DNA of 64,000 bases from Eledone cirrhosa (Eukaryota), in NCBI GenBank assembly GCA_964016885.1, contig OZ024752.1, positions 25,544,001 to 25,608,000 of the forward strand, given 5' to 3'. Every line of letters begins with the position of its first letter. The first letter of the stretch is position 1. Positions 1 through 13,560 of this stretch are shown in pieces. The position numbers and the translations under genes are program-made. The notes under the pieces are model-generated. The model made no database searches. It was not told where the DNA came from and saw only the letters and a list, made by a program, of their open reading frames with translations.

Positions 1-1012
1 CAGCTCTGGTACAACACTTGCCATAACATCTACACAGCTCTGGTACAACATTTACCATAACAGCTAACATTTAATGAAAGAACAGCAACTTTGCCCATGT
101 CAGACATTATCTGTTTTCTGTTAGACCCCAGGTGGTCATGCATAAATAGCAAAACAGCTAGTCATTTGACACAGCGGCTCAACAAGGCCCTTAGCGCCTC
201 ATTTTTCTTCTTGCATGCATTCTTGTGTTCAATTTTTTCACTGATGTGCTCTCTTTCAGCATTTTCTTACTGGATCATTGCTAATTCCATCTTATGTATC
301 ATCTTCCAGACTAAATAGGGGGTATTGTAGCGACCTACATTCCGAGGGCTCATGGATACATTCTCCGTACGTTGTTTGGCTCGGTTCAGCCAATCGCTAC
401 CAGCGTAGGGAGATGTATCTCAACGTCTGCCCAGTGGGAAAAATTCCATCTAATAACCATCTTCTAAAATAACTATTTCTAAAGAGTTGTTAGGGTGTCA
501 AATTAAATACCTCGGTATTTAATCTGACACACGAATAGCGGAACTGTCTATGAGGGAGATCTGGCCAATTGGCTGCACTGTACCTTGTTCATAGCGGGAC
601 AGTGCTTTGGGAGCTGGGTGGTCTTGTTATGAGGGAGGTCTGGCCAGTTGGCCGCACTGTACCTTGCTCATAGCGGGACAGTGTTTTGGCTGGGTTTTTA
701 CGGTTCCTGGATTCCCTTGCTAACACAACCATGTTTACAATGTAGGGATAAATAAAGTATCATTCCATTACTGAAGTTGGTTCTTTCTCTATCTCTTTAT
801 ATAACTCGCTCGCACTCTCTTTCGCTTTCTTTCTCTGGAAGAAATCAACTGTGTTCTGACCAGGAGAAGGATAAGCTCTGCCAGGTTTAAAATGCTCAAG
901 ACACGTCATATGTCAGCATGGCATCCCTACTACTACATCAAGAGTTAAGGCCTAAAAAAATATATTTGAAAAAACAAAAGTGGCTGGAGCTGTGGTTGGG
1001 AAAGGTACTTAC

Positions 1013-1104
1013 TTGTTCTTTGTAGTACTCATCAATTGCATATTGGTATTTAGGGCTAGTGATGCCGAAAAACCAAGCAAGTTTCTCGCCACACATATCA
1101 GCAG
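1013..1104 (-). CDS. FAM177A1: FAM177A1-like protein, internal coding exon
   Basis: ttttgttttcag acceptor and GTAAGT donor. Encodes (A)ADMCGEKLAWFFGITSPKYQYAIDEYYKEQ, matching the conserved FAM177 motif CDFLGEKIA...GISTPKYQYAIDEYY. Phase 1 start fits the preceding exon. Confidence 0.93.
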
Positions 1105-1544
1105 CTGAAAACAAAAATAAACAGTTATTGGCTTCAACATTATTATTATTATCATCATCATCGACATTATTATTATACTGGTGCTTTGAAAAAATACATC
1201 CAGTACACTCTGTAAAGTGTTAGTACTGGTAATATGATAAAAGCATTGGGTACATTCTGTAAAGTAGTTGGCATTAGAAAGAGCATTGTGTCACAGAAAC
1301 CATGTCAAAATATGTAATGTATGACATATGAGAAAAACATGGTTCACTGACAGGTTTAGGTTTCGATAATGACAACCTGTCCAAACGTTGCCCACATGGA
1401 AAGAGGATGTAAAATGATGATGATGTTAATGACAATTATCCACATTTTATTCATCATCATTAACATGAACAACATATGCTCATCAGCCTTATTGCCATCA
1501 TCATCTAAATAAATAACTTCATGACAATAATTATTGGCAAAAAC

Positions 1545-1930
1545 GCAGCCCATTCTGTAAAGTGGTAGTGCTGGTGCCATGATAAAATGTACCCAGCCCA
1601 CTCTATAAAGTGGTAGTGCTAGTGCCATGATAAAATGTACCCAGCCCACTCTATAAAGTGGTAGTGTTGGTGCCATGATGAAATGTACCCAGCCCACTCT
1701 ATAAAGTGGTAGTGCTGGTGCCATGATGAAATGTACGCAGCCCACTCTATAAAGTGGTAGTGCTGGTGCCTTGATGAAATGTACCCAGAGTGGGCTGGGT
1801 ACATTTCATCAAGGCACCAGCACTACCTCTTTATAGAGTGGGCTGGGTACATTTCATGTTGGTGCCACAATAAAATGTACTTAGTTGACACTATAAAGTG
1901 GTAGTGCTGGTACCATGATGAAATGTACCC
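1545..1930. repeat. 48-bp minisatellite with internal inversion
   Basis: Unit CCCAGCCCACTCTATAAAGTGGTAGTGCTGGTGCCATGATGAAATGTA, about 5 forward copies, inverted block about 1787-1858, then forward again. Confidence 0.9.
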
Positions 1931-2208
1931 AATGATGTCATTGTGTTACATTCCTTCAAGACAAAAGACATTTCACTCATCCTGGCTCACTCCAGCAAGC
2001 TATAAATAGGTACTATGGTGAAGCATAACTCATTTCCAAAGGCAGTGCTGAGTTCAAGTTCTATGAATTTCTGAATGATTATAGAAACAACAGCCCAGTC
2101 ATTAAGTTAACCAAAGATTACTCAACCAAGAACAGTTACAACACCACACAAAACTCTGTCTATCATTCTTTCTGTCTCTCAGAAATAGCAAGAAAATGGA
2201 ATACAAAC

Positions 2209-2275
2209 CATTAAAGGTTTTGGCTGTGACAAGTACCATATAGTACCAAATCCACGGCAGCCAGTTAAGTGTACT
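2209..2275 (-). CDS. FAM177A1: FAM177A1-like protein, internal coding exon
   Basis: tgttgcag acceptor and GTTTGT donor. 67 nt, phase 0 to 1, encodes STLNWLPWIWYYMVLVTAKTFN (cf. FAM177 LTWGPYLWFYM). Confidence 0.9.
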
Positions 2276-4101
2276 CTGCAACAGCAAATTCAGATTATTA
2301 TTACAATATATATATATATATAAATACACACATACATACATAACAATATATAAACACAAACGAATTATATGTATATATACATGTATAAGACACACATATA
2401 AATAAGGCATGGTTATTTGATAAAGCACTGGTAAATTTGAAAATATAGCCGTAGGCATCTCTCTCCACTTTTTTCCTCTCTGGGTGTACTTTACCTCATT
2501 TATTCAATTATTATTATAGTTATCAGCATTATAGCGACTATACATTCAAATTCCATATATATAAATGGCTAACTGAACACACATGTGGTTTCTCCCCCTC
2601 CACCAATTTTTTTCTGTTTCTTGCTCTCCGCATTCTCGTCTATCTTTCTATTTTTTCTTTCATTTCCCATTCCATCTTCTGATGAAGGACTAACATTTGA
2701 AACGTTAAAACTCTTTATATCTTTATTGTACTGTAAAAACTCTTTCCTACTTTATATCTTTATTGTACTGTATCATTCTGCTGTGTTTTTTATTCATTTA
2801 CTTTTCACACAAGCATAGTAGAGAACAAATACATGTTAATAATTAAATATACAGACTCGTATCTAAATATATTTAGTCTTGCTGTGAAATTAGACCCCAC
2901 GAGCATCTTTTGGACAGTTTGGGATGACACATAATTAGAAAACAGATAAATCATCACCATCATCGTCATTATTTTTACATCTACTGAACCATTCTCTTAT
3001 GGACTGGATGGGACTTCTTAAAGTAGTGGTTTATAACTGGATGCATTTCTTGATATCAACCATTTTAGTCTCCTTTTACGACATGCAGGGATACAGTGCA
3101 CCTATTCTGAGTAGAGAGGTATGTTACGTTCTTTCATCATTCTTCAAAAATGAGCTCCACTGTGGTAAAAAATTTGCTTTTATTAAGCAAACATAAAAAT
3201 AGCTTATCTGGCAAATAAAACCTTCAGAATTATATGTTTTAGCATAACTCTCATAAAATTTACCATATATACTCGAATATAAGCTGACCTCACTACTTTA
3301 TGTCTAGGAAATAGGCAAAAATTCAAACCTTATTTACATAGAATTTGAAGTTGGTGAAAATCATCAAAATATTTAAACTTTCCATTATGATCTTATGTAA
3401 GAACCTTTTTCCTAAAGCTTAATGACAAAAGTTGCTTTATTAAATCTCCCTTAAATTTCTGCATTATTTTCATAATTATTGAAAATGCCTAAAGTCTAAT
3501 GTATTTGTAGTAATACATTAAAATTAATTTTGTAATATATATTCCAACAATCTTTTTTAATGTTAACATTCAAAGTAGTATAACATTCAAAATATTTGAA
3601 TATTTATTTATTTAAAGAACACTGAAAGAAGCTGTATTTAGACTCTTGAAAATATGACTACCTTCCTGAAATGAAAAAAATATAATTGTGGATATTGCCT
3701 AAAAAGGATGAAATAATTAGGTTTATATTTTACTGATTAACTAAGCATTTGTTTTTCATGATATAGTCTACTCTTCACAAAAATCATTCCTTCTGAAACA
3801 CTTCATGTTTTTCTTTTATCTTCCAACACTGCAAGAAGTCTTTTGCAATTGATTATTTTCAAATAAATAATCATAATTACATTTGAAATTTTGTTTTAGA
3901 GTAGATTATATCAATAAAAAAAAAATTATTTTTAATATAGCAATTTTGAAAATGCTGTATGTTCGCTTTGTTAATTTTCTATAGTATTAGTAATATATAT
4001 TATTACTAATAATATATATATATTATTAGTACAGATTAAAAGTTTAAGCAATCTTTGGATTTATTACTATATATATATATATATGTGTGTGTGCGTGTGT
4101 G

Positions 4102-4330
4102 TGTTATATTTGGGGATGGTTATGATTTTCACTTTCACTTTATTGCTTGTTATTTGTTTGTCAAAGTTTGTCAGAGAACAGATAGTCATTGAGGAGGTGA
4201 CAGAATGTGTGACAAAAGAACTTTGACAAACGAATGAATAATGAGTGATAAAGATAAAGTGAAAATCATATAGTACGTGTGTTTCATTTCATTGGCAATA
4301 TTGGCAACATGACCATTCCCAAATATAACA
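4102..4330. mobile_element. MITE-like element with terminal and internal inverted repeats
   Basis: TGTTATATTTGGGGATGGT...ACCATTCCCAAATATAACA ends, plus internal inverted ATGATTTTCACTTT and TTTGTCAAAGTT pairs. Confidence 0.7.
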
Positions 4331-4391
4331 ATATCAAGAATCTTGCAGAACAAATACATAAACATATATACATATACATTATATATATATA

Positions 4392-4428
<37 letters not shown>

Positions 4429-5207
4429 CATATATATATATACACACACACATATATATACATTATATATATATAATATATATAATAATATATATATAAT
4501 ATATATATATAAATTTGTAATGATTCTATAATACATAAACAGGCAAAGTGTTATCGGGTTATCAATTTAAATAGAAATATAGGGTTTTAAAGTTAGAAAA
4601 CACAATAATTCATTATGCAATTGTTAATGTATTCATGTTAAAAATGATGAAATGAAGATATTAAGAATAATACACCTCAGCTGACTGTGTTATTTGCAGA
4701 AAGTTTTTCCACATTTCAAAGATAATATGCCAAGAAGGATGAGTATTGTATGGTTTGAATAAATGAAATGGTTATATTTAACCAGTTTGAAGTAGAATAG
4801 GTAAAGAAAAAGATAGGAACATCTAAGATGTAAGAAAAGATTTCTGCAAATGTAGAATTTCTCAAACAGGATACTTTCTGAACACTAACCATCCTTTCTG
4901 TGTTAAATGTGGGTTGACTGAGTCTGCAATTTCAGACTTTGGCAAGAATTGTTGCAGCAAATAATTTCTACCATCCAAGTGCTTTACTTTCACCCAACTT
5001 CTCATATTCCTCAACAATGAAACTAAAAGTGTACTAAATTCTTGGCTGCACCAGATCACAAAGAGAGTAAAATATAATACTTAAAGACATCCACATTTGA
5101 TACCAAACTGCCTGAAACTGTCACTGGTTCTATGATACAAAACTGATTATTTAAAACTGTTTATCATTACTATTATGATAGTTTTACGTCTATTTTCCAT
5201 GCTTGAA

Positions 5208-6232
5208 TGGTTGTCCCGTTATGAGACAAGTTAAGCCAAGTGATCCATTGGTTGTCATGTTATGAAACAAGTCAGGCAAAGTGATCCATTGGTTGTCACG
5301 TTATGAAACAAGTTAAGCCAAGTGATCCATTGGTTGTCACGTTATGAAACAAGTCAGGCCAAGTGATCCATTGGTTGTCACGTTATGAGACAAGTCAGGC
5401 CAAGTGATCCATTGGTTGTCCCGTTATGAAACAAGTCAGGCCAAGTGATCCATTGGTTGTCACGTTATGAGACAAGTTAAGCCAAGTGATCCATTGGTTG
5501 TCACGTTATGAGACAAGTTAAGCCAAGTGATCCATTGGTTGTCACGTTATGAAACAAGTCAGGCCAAGTGATCCATTGGTTGTCCCGTTATGAGACAAGT
5601 CAGGCCAAGTGATCCATTGGTTGTCATGTTATGAGACAAGTCATGTAAATTGATCCATTGGTTGTCACGTTATGAGACAAGTCATGTAAATTGATCCATT
5701 GGTTGTCACGTTATGAGACAAGTTAAGCCAAGTGATCCATTGGTTGTCACGTTATGAGACAAGTCATGTAAATTGATCCATTGGTTGTCACGTTATGAGA
5801 CAAGTCATGTAAATTGATCCATTGGTTGTCACGTTATGAGACAAGTTAAGCCAAGTGATCCATTGGTTGTCACGTTATGAGACAAGTTAAGCCAAGTGAT
5901 CCATTGGTTGTCATGTTATGAAACAAGTCAGGCCAAGTGATCCATTGGTTGTCCCGTTATGAGACAAGTTAAGCCAAGTGATCCATTGGTTGTCACGTTA
6001 TGAGACAAGTTAAGCCAAGTGATCCATTGGTTGTCACGTTATGAGACAAGTTAAGCCAAGTGATCCATTGGTTGTCACGTTATGAAACAAGTCAGGTAAA
6101 TTGATCCATTGGTTGTCACGTTATGAGACAAGTCATGTAAATTGATCCATTGGTTGTCACGTTATGAAACAAGTCAGGTAAATTGATCCATTGGTTGTCA
6201 CGTTATGAGACAAGTCAGGCCAAGTGATCCAT
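5208..6232. repeat. 41-bp minisatellite, about 25 copies
   Basis: Unit TTGGTTGTCACGTTATGAGACAAGTTAAGCCAAGTGATCCA with interspersed variants. Confidence 0.97.
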
Positions 6233-6531
6233 GTCTTGCTAATACAGATCTGTATTTTGGCTTGGTTTCTATGGCTGGATGCCCTTCCTAACACCAACCA
6301 CATTACAGTGTAGGCTGGGTGCTTTTTATTGTGGTACTGAAACGACTGCCTTACAGTGTGAACTGAGCACTTTTTGTCATGTCACCAACATTTGTCTAAA
6401 AACCTTTCATCATAATTTTATGTCAGAAGCTTTGTTAAGTTATGTTTCCAACACCAGCCTATAAACGAGAAAGTTAGTTATATTACTAAATGCCTTACAT
6501 TTCAAACTAATTTGGAAATCATAGACAGTAC

Positions 6532-6654
6532 CTTTCATTAGAAATATGGTAGTGAAAGGGTCTTTCATTAGAAACATGGTAGTGAAAGGGTCTTTCATTA
6601 GATATATGGTAGTGAAAGGGTCTTTCATTAGATATATGGCAGTGAAAGGGTTAA
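6532..6654. repeat. 30-bp tandem repeat, about 4 copies, ending in a piggyBac-like AAAGGG-TTAA
   Basis: Unit TCTTTCATTAGATATATGGTAGTGAAAGGG. Confidence 0.88.
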
Positions 6655-6859
6655 ATAGCAAGGCTTCAATTTAGATTATATTGTTGAACCAACAAAGCAA
6701 TATTTAAAAATCATCATCAATTTCTTTTTCCTGTTCTATATCTATTAGTCCATATTTATGATGCTTTGTATTAGAATTTTTTATATGTATTCTTCTTCTT
6801 CAGCTGTATGTATATCATCATCATCATCATTTCATTTTATATATATATATATATATGTA

Positions 6860-6898
<39 letters not shown>

Positions 6899-7540
6899 AG
6901 CCAATGAGTAATTAGCCTTGTCTACAAGATATATTGAGAACAGTTATAAGAAAAGGAGAGACTAATGGAAACCTTGGATCCTCATTTCTTATAACTATTT
7001 TCTTTTCACAACTCCTGGCAGAAAGAGCAGTATGAAATAAGATATTTTACTCAAGAAAAAACAATATGCCACTTGGCTTAGGAATCAAATTTACACCCTC
7101 TTGATTGTGAGTTTACCACCCGAACCCTAAGGCTATCCACCTTCTCTTGAAGGACTTAACAAATAAAAAGATATAACTTTCTATGTAGAAATATAGACAC
7201 TTAAAAGTTTACAGCTTTTTTACCCCAACCACAAACATCCCTTGCTATTTGCTGCTCACAACTCCTAGAAGAAATAAATGTAAAATGGAAGTGGTACCCT
7301 TATTTACATCAAAACAAGCAGACCACTGTCTTCTGATCTGCTGTAAGCTGTTGTAGCTGTGTGTATCTAACAGGGAAAACAGACATTACATTATACACAC
7401 ACACACACGTGTGTGTGTGTATGTATATATATATATATATATATATAAAAACAATTTTGGTGATTTAATCCTGTCTTAACTACCATTATTTGAGATATAT
7501 ATATATATAATCATTTCATGTCTGTTCTCCTGTTCTTCTT

Positions 7541-7546
<6 letters not shown>

Positions 7547-7637
<91 letters not shown>

Positions 7638-7654
7638 GAGAGGGGGGGGGGGGA
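7547..7654. repeat. (GA)n microsatellite plus poly-G
   Basis: Seen directly. Another (GA)n lies at 23781-23880. Confidence 0.97.
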
Positions 7655-8142
7655 GAAAAGCCAGACAGAATATGAGTAGAAAGAAAGAGAAAGAAAGATG
7701 ACCAGCAAGACAGAACTTGTAAGAAGCAGTCCACAATAATTTAAAAGAGGAAGCAGATAATTAACTGATATGTAAATGTAGCAGTGTTAGTTTGATATCA
7801 TCCAGTTATGACTCTCATTCTTATGACCAACAAGGCTCTGACTTGTACACATCACAAGCGTTGAATACTTAATAGCTACACAAGTTTTATTATCCTACAT
7901 ACATACACACACACATACATATACATATATATATATACACACACGTGTGTGTATGTATCTCGGGTTCAATTGGGGTAACTACAGTAAGTAAGATACTCAA
8001 TACAAAGCAGATTATATAATGTTTAATATAGAAATGACTTCTACAGGACTATTGTTTTTGAAGATTTCCTTCAAATGAAGGAGTTCTAGTCCTGTAGAAG
8101 CCATTTCTATTTTAAACATTATATATATATATATATATATAT

Positions 8143-10905
8143 CATCATCATCATCATCATAATCACCGTTTTATGTCCGTTCTTCCACGCTAGCATGGGT
8201 TAGACGGGTTGTTCTGTTGTGGGCAGTGCCTGGTCGGCTGACCATGCCTTGCTCATACAGGAACTGATTTGGCTTGATTTCTACAGCTGGATGCCCTTCC
8301 TAACACCAACCTCATTTACAGTGAGTGCTGGGTGCTTTTTCGTGGCGCCTACACGTCCACTTTACAGTGTGGGCTGGGTGCTTTTTTGCCGTGGCACCTC
8401 CACGACCACCTTGCGGTGGGGGCATATTGTCTATATGCTTCAGCTTGTACCCATGGGAGGTCGGGTACTCTGTATTACTGCGCGACGCCAGAAGTCACGG
8501 TCGTGTCTCATTGCCTTTGAGAGGTGTAATTGGGTGAGGTCGGCTTTTATCACCTCATCCCAGGTCATCTTGGGTCTCCCGACTCCGCGGTTTCCATCAA
8601 CTTCTAGTGCTCTGCACCTTTTTATGCAGCTGTCATCCTTCATACGCATCACATGTCCATACCAGCGCAACCGCCTCTCCTGCACACAGCATTTGATTCC
8701 TCTTATGCTCAGTCTCTCTCAATTCATTTATGCTTTGTCGTTCACGTATATTACTGTTACACATCCGTCGGCGCATGCAGGCTTCGTTTCTCTCTAATCT
8801 ACGTAAGTCTTCCACCTTCAGCGCCCAGGTCTCACTACCATGCAACATCGCTGTTCGGATACACGCATCATACAGTCTGCCTTTCATTCTGAGGGAGAAG
8901 CCTTTTGCAGCTAACAGTGGTAGTAGTTCCCTAAACTTCTTCCATCCCGTTCTTACCCTAATTATTGTACTTTCTGAACACCCACCTCCGCTGCTAATTC
9001 GGTCACCTAGGTAGCAGAAGCTGTCTACTGTTTCTACAGAGCCCTCCCAGAGATTGGTGGTACTTGTTTCCTGTGGCTGTTTGCTGCCTCAGCACAGCTG
9101 CTGCATGTGAATCCTACATTCTTAATTAAGCTTCCTGAGATCCCGCTACAACTCTTGTGTACCCATTGTTTGCATTTGGGGCAGAGAATGGAGTTCCTAC
9201 CTACACCTTTCCTACATACTGAGCAAGGCCATTTCCCTGAGGGGATCTGGGTTCTGTTTTCTCGTCTACTTACAAGGACCTTAGTCTTTGTCATGTTGAC
9301 TTTGAGACCCTTTCTTTCTAGTCCCTGCTTCCAAGTTTGGAATTTATTCTCTAGTTCTACCATAGATTCAGCTATGAGTGCGAGGTTATCAGCATACAGG
9401 AGTTCCCATGGGCATCCGGTCTTAAACTCCTCCGTTATTGCCTGCAGGACTATGATGAACAGGAGAGTGCTAAGAACAGAGCCCTGGTGGACCCCAACCT
9501 GTACGCTAAATTCCTCGCTATACTCATTGCTAATCCTAACTTTGCTGACTGCTCCCCTATACATGGCTTGTACCGCTTTCACAAGCCATTCATCTACTCC
9601 TAGTTTTCTAAGAGCCCACCAGATTACAGCACGTGGAACTCTGTCAAAGGCTTTCTCAAGGTCGACAAATGCCAAGTAGAGTGGCTTACTTTTAGCTAGG
9701 TACTTTTCCTGTAATTGCCTCACAAGGAAGAGGGCATCAGTGGTGCCTCTTCCTGGTACAAACCCAAATTGCATCTCGTCTATTTTCACCCGGTCCCTAA
9801 TCAGCTGTGCTATAACTCTTTCTGTTACTTTCATGACCTGGTCCATCAACTTTATACCTCTATAGTTTCCTCTACCTAGTGCATCGCCTTTACCTTTGTA
9901 GCAGTTGACAATGATGCTACTGCACCAATCTTTTGGTATGGCACCTTCTAGTATTACCTGATTAACGATACGTGTGGTTATAGTGTGACCTACAGACCCA
10001 GATGCCTTCAGCATCTCGGCAGCTATACCCGATGGACCGGTTGCCTTCCCCATCTTCATATCTTTGATTGCCTTACTTACTACGCTGCTGCTGACTTGTA
10101 CTGCTGGTCCCTCTATAGGGTCTACTTGGGGTAGGGTCTCTTCTTCCCATGCATTCTCCTCATTTAGTAATCTATCATAATGACTCTTCCATGCATCTTT
10201 CTTCTCAGCACTTGTGAGGGCCAGCTCACCTTTATCATTCCGGATACACTTCTCTCCAATGACATCACAACTATCTCCGACACACTGCCTCGCAATCTTG
10301 AATACCTCCTGTTTCTGGTCCTCACGTTGCAAAACATGCTTGAATTTTCTATCCTCTGCTTCCCTCCTAGCTAAGTATACTTGTCGCCTAGCTTCCCTCT
10401 TGGTCTCTATGTAATGTACCCTGCTCCCCCCATTCTTCCATTCTTTCCATGCCTGTCTCTTGGCCTTAACTGCTTCATCTACCTTATTGTTCCACCACCA
10501 AGTCACTCTCCTCCTGCTTGAGACCTCATCCGTCGCCTCTAGTAAATTATTTTTTAGGAACTCCCAGTTCTTTTCTCCATTAAATGTCTCTATCTGTTCT
10601 TCTTTACTGTCGTAGGCGTTGAGTAAAATATCTTTAAATCTGTTACTGGTTGAGGGGACTTTCAGCTTCCAGATCTTTCTTCTCCAGGTTGGCCTCTGTT
10701 TCCGGGTTCGTCTAGTTCTGACCGTGAGGTCGCTGACAACTAAGCTATGTTGGGATGTACATTCCTCACTAGGAAAGGCTTTTGTGTTTATGACCGTCCA
10801 TCTGTCACGTCCTCTGATGAGGATAAAATCTAACTGACTAGAGTGCTCCCCTGATCTATAGGTGATCAGGTGGTTGTCGGGTTTTTTAAAGTTTGTGTTA
10901 CATAT
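8143..10905 (-). mobile_element. RTE-clade LINE, 5'-truncated, pseudogenised
   Basis: End of APE domain (SQLDFIL), RT motifs (NYRGIKL, FVDLEKAFDRV, GVHQGSVLS, YADN), PHD-like Cys/His segment, RRLRWYGHVMRM, 3' UTR and (GAT)n tail. Frameshifts after 9034. Both ends sit in (TA)n. Confidence 0.95.
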
Positions 10906-10907
10906 CG

Positions 10908-10950
<43 letters not shown>

Positions 10951-11655
10951 AAAATGTTTAACCCTGACAGCAGAGCTCAAGCCATTTCGACGGCTATTTC
11001 TGGACGCTCTGCCGTTGGGGTTAAACATTTTCCTATTACCCACTCTACTACCCTAAGTATTGAGTACTCTGGTGCGTTATGGTCCATCTGGATCCTTACC
11101 ACACCTCCTTCATTATATATATGTGAGAAAAACCACAAACCCTCCATCTCAACTCTACTTTTGAAAAGCAGAAGAACTGTGAAACTGGTAAAGGAACCAA
11201 ATAAATATATATTTAAAAAAAAAAAGACTCCAGTTACATTTTCGATTTCATCTTTTTTCCTTGTACTGTAGAACAACTCGGTTTTGTTTTATTTTGTAAA
11301 AAAACCTCACTTTCTAATAATATATATATATATCGTCGGATAGAAAGCTTTATGGTATTTGTTCTGGCTCTCTGCTCTCTGGGTTCAAATCCTGCCAAGG
11401 TCAATTTTGCCTTTCATCCTTTTGAGGTGAATAAAAAATACCAGTCCAGTACTGGGGGTCGATTCTTCCTTTATATCTCTTTCTCATTTCCTCTCTCAAT
11501 TTCTATCTTTCTCTGGAAGAAATCTGCTGTACTCAGACCTGGAGAGGAGGGATGGGCTTGAAATGCCCAAGAAACGCTGTATGTCTATACACTGTCCCTA
11601 TGACTATCAGGAGTTACGGGATCATATAATATATATATAGATATACATATATATA

Positions 11656-11760
11656 CAGGGTGTGCCCCCACCAAAATGTATACACACTTAAACAGCATTC
11701 TAATAAATATTGCCTGTAGAGGTAATGAAAGTGTGTATACATTTTTTGGGGGACACATCA
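11656..11760. mobile_element. Tc1/mariner-type MITE
   Basis: TA-CAGGGTGTGCCCCC..AAAATGTATACACACTT with an inverted copy at the right end. Confidence 0.75.
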
Positions 11761-13142
11761 TAGAGAGAGAGAGAGAGAGAATGAAAACAAGGCGTTCATC
11801 TGATAGTAAAGTAGAAGAGTAAAGAGTTTGATGAAACTAGCAGTGATGTACATTACTTTGCTTAGGGGGTCTCAACTACTGATGGAGTTGTAGGGATGGG
11901 TGTGATGGGTGTGGGTGCCTTTGGGACATATCTAAAACTGTGAAGCCCATCCCATGCCAGGTGGATCACAACCAATTTCTTTCTAAGCTGATATTTTAAT
12001 TATTGATCTTGAAAGAATTGGCAGACAGACTTTACGGGCAAAACCCCGAGCAAGAATGGGTGGATAACATCCATGAGCTTGGCTGGTCATGCTGGGGATC
12101 CAACTAGATCAGTAGTTTTTGAGAACTCTGTCCTCACGACCATCCCAGGAATAAGTGGGCAAAGAAGATTTTGAAAGGATGAAAGACAAAGTTGACATCG
12201 GTAGCATTTGAACTCAATGAGCTGAAAGCTGGAATGCATACCATGTGACATTCTGTTTGACATTTTTATGATTCTGCCAATTTGACATAATTGACAAAAA
12301 CCAGATCAATACAGTTTACAGAATTGAATAAATTTATGTGCCATATGGTGATCGGAAGTCTAATATTTTTGAGTCTGTACTTTTTTCCATGTTAGCATGG
12401 GTTAGATAAGACTATTTTGAGGCGGTATTCTACAGCTGAATGCTCTTTATGGTGCTAAACAAAGAGTATAGTACTGATCTTCACATGTTGAACTTCTGAA
12501 CTATGAAACATATTGTATATGTGGGATATAAACAAACATCAGTTTGCAAAGCTGATGTCAAATGCACATGAAGACAAATACCACACACATGCACATACTC
12601 ATATATACATATGGGTTGTTGTACAGTTTCTGTCTACCCAATACGCTCATAAAGTAAAGGCTATAGAAGATATTTGATAAAAGTGCAATGCATTGGGATA
12701 AAATCCCAAACCACATTGTTGCAAAACAAACTTCTTAACCGCACACAATTATTCCATGTTTGTACTATCATTGTTCATCCAATAGGTTGAGTATTTCAGA
12801 TGACCTAATAGTATGTATCATTACTAACAGCAGATTTTGAAACTTAGTTATTAGTCACACCCCTTTAAGTTCCAGGATGAGTTTTCAAGATTGTTGCCCA
12901 GTTCAGATCCTTATCAACCTGAGCTATGATTGCAGACAATCCAGACATGATCATCATGTCTTTTCAGTTCAGATAAGGTGTATTCAGGATTATTTGATGA
13001 TATGCCATTTCATTTTAAAGACAGTAAGATTCATTTTCGAGGGTTTAGCTGCACTTTCTAATAAGCTATACAACCATGTAGAGCAGGGTTTCCCAACCAG
13101 GGGTGCGACATAACATTTCAATATTTTGTTTTTTATTAACAG

Positions 13143-13560
13143 TCATCATCATCGTTTAACGTCTATCTTCCACGCTAGCATGGGTTTAGATGGGAATTGT
13201 CCCACTTGAGGCAAGATTGGTTGTCTTGCTCGTGTAGGACTGTCTGGCAGGTTTTCTACAACTGGATGCCCTTCCTAACACCAACCACGTTTACAGTGTG
13301 GACTGGGAGGTTTTTACCGTGTTACCTACACGGCCACATTACAGCCTGGACTGTGTTTTTATTCTTTGGTGTGACACCTACACGACCTCATTTATTTAGG
13401 ACTGGATGTTGTGGTACCAACATAACTTTACATCGAAAGGGGTGGTGTAGATGGGGGTGGGGGTAGGGGTAGTGGGACGGGGGTATTTTGGTTAAGAGGT
13501 GCCTACTAACTGTAGGTTTCACTTTGTACTTAGGCAAGGCGGGTCTTCTGTATTACAGTA
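13143..13560 (-). mobile_element. RTE LINE 3' UTR-only insertion
   Basis: Matches the 3' UTR of the 28 kb and 57.5 kb copies; (CAT)n at the left end. Confidence 0.88.

Noticed and set aside
91-310. Possible last exon of FAM177A1
   Set aside because: The nearest plausible acceptor gives a stop after three codons. The region looks more like a decayed LINE C-terminus, so the last exon is probably left of the window.
5208-6232. CRISPR-like array
   Set aside because: Units are contiguous with no unique spacers, there are no cas genes, and the context is a eukaryotic intron. The same applies to 17258-18080.
9107-9679. Antisense ORFs over RTE copies (also 29118, 39438 and 58457)
   Set aside because: Shadow frames of RT coding sequence with variable ends and no recognisable motifs.
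10906-11043. N-terminus of the 669-aa ORF as a novel fusion protein
   Set aside because: Chance read-through from a foldback element and (TA)n into a 5'-truncated RTE whose catalytic motif is YADN and whose C-terminus is frameshifted.
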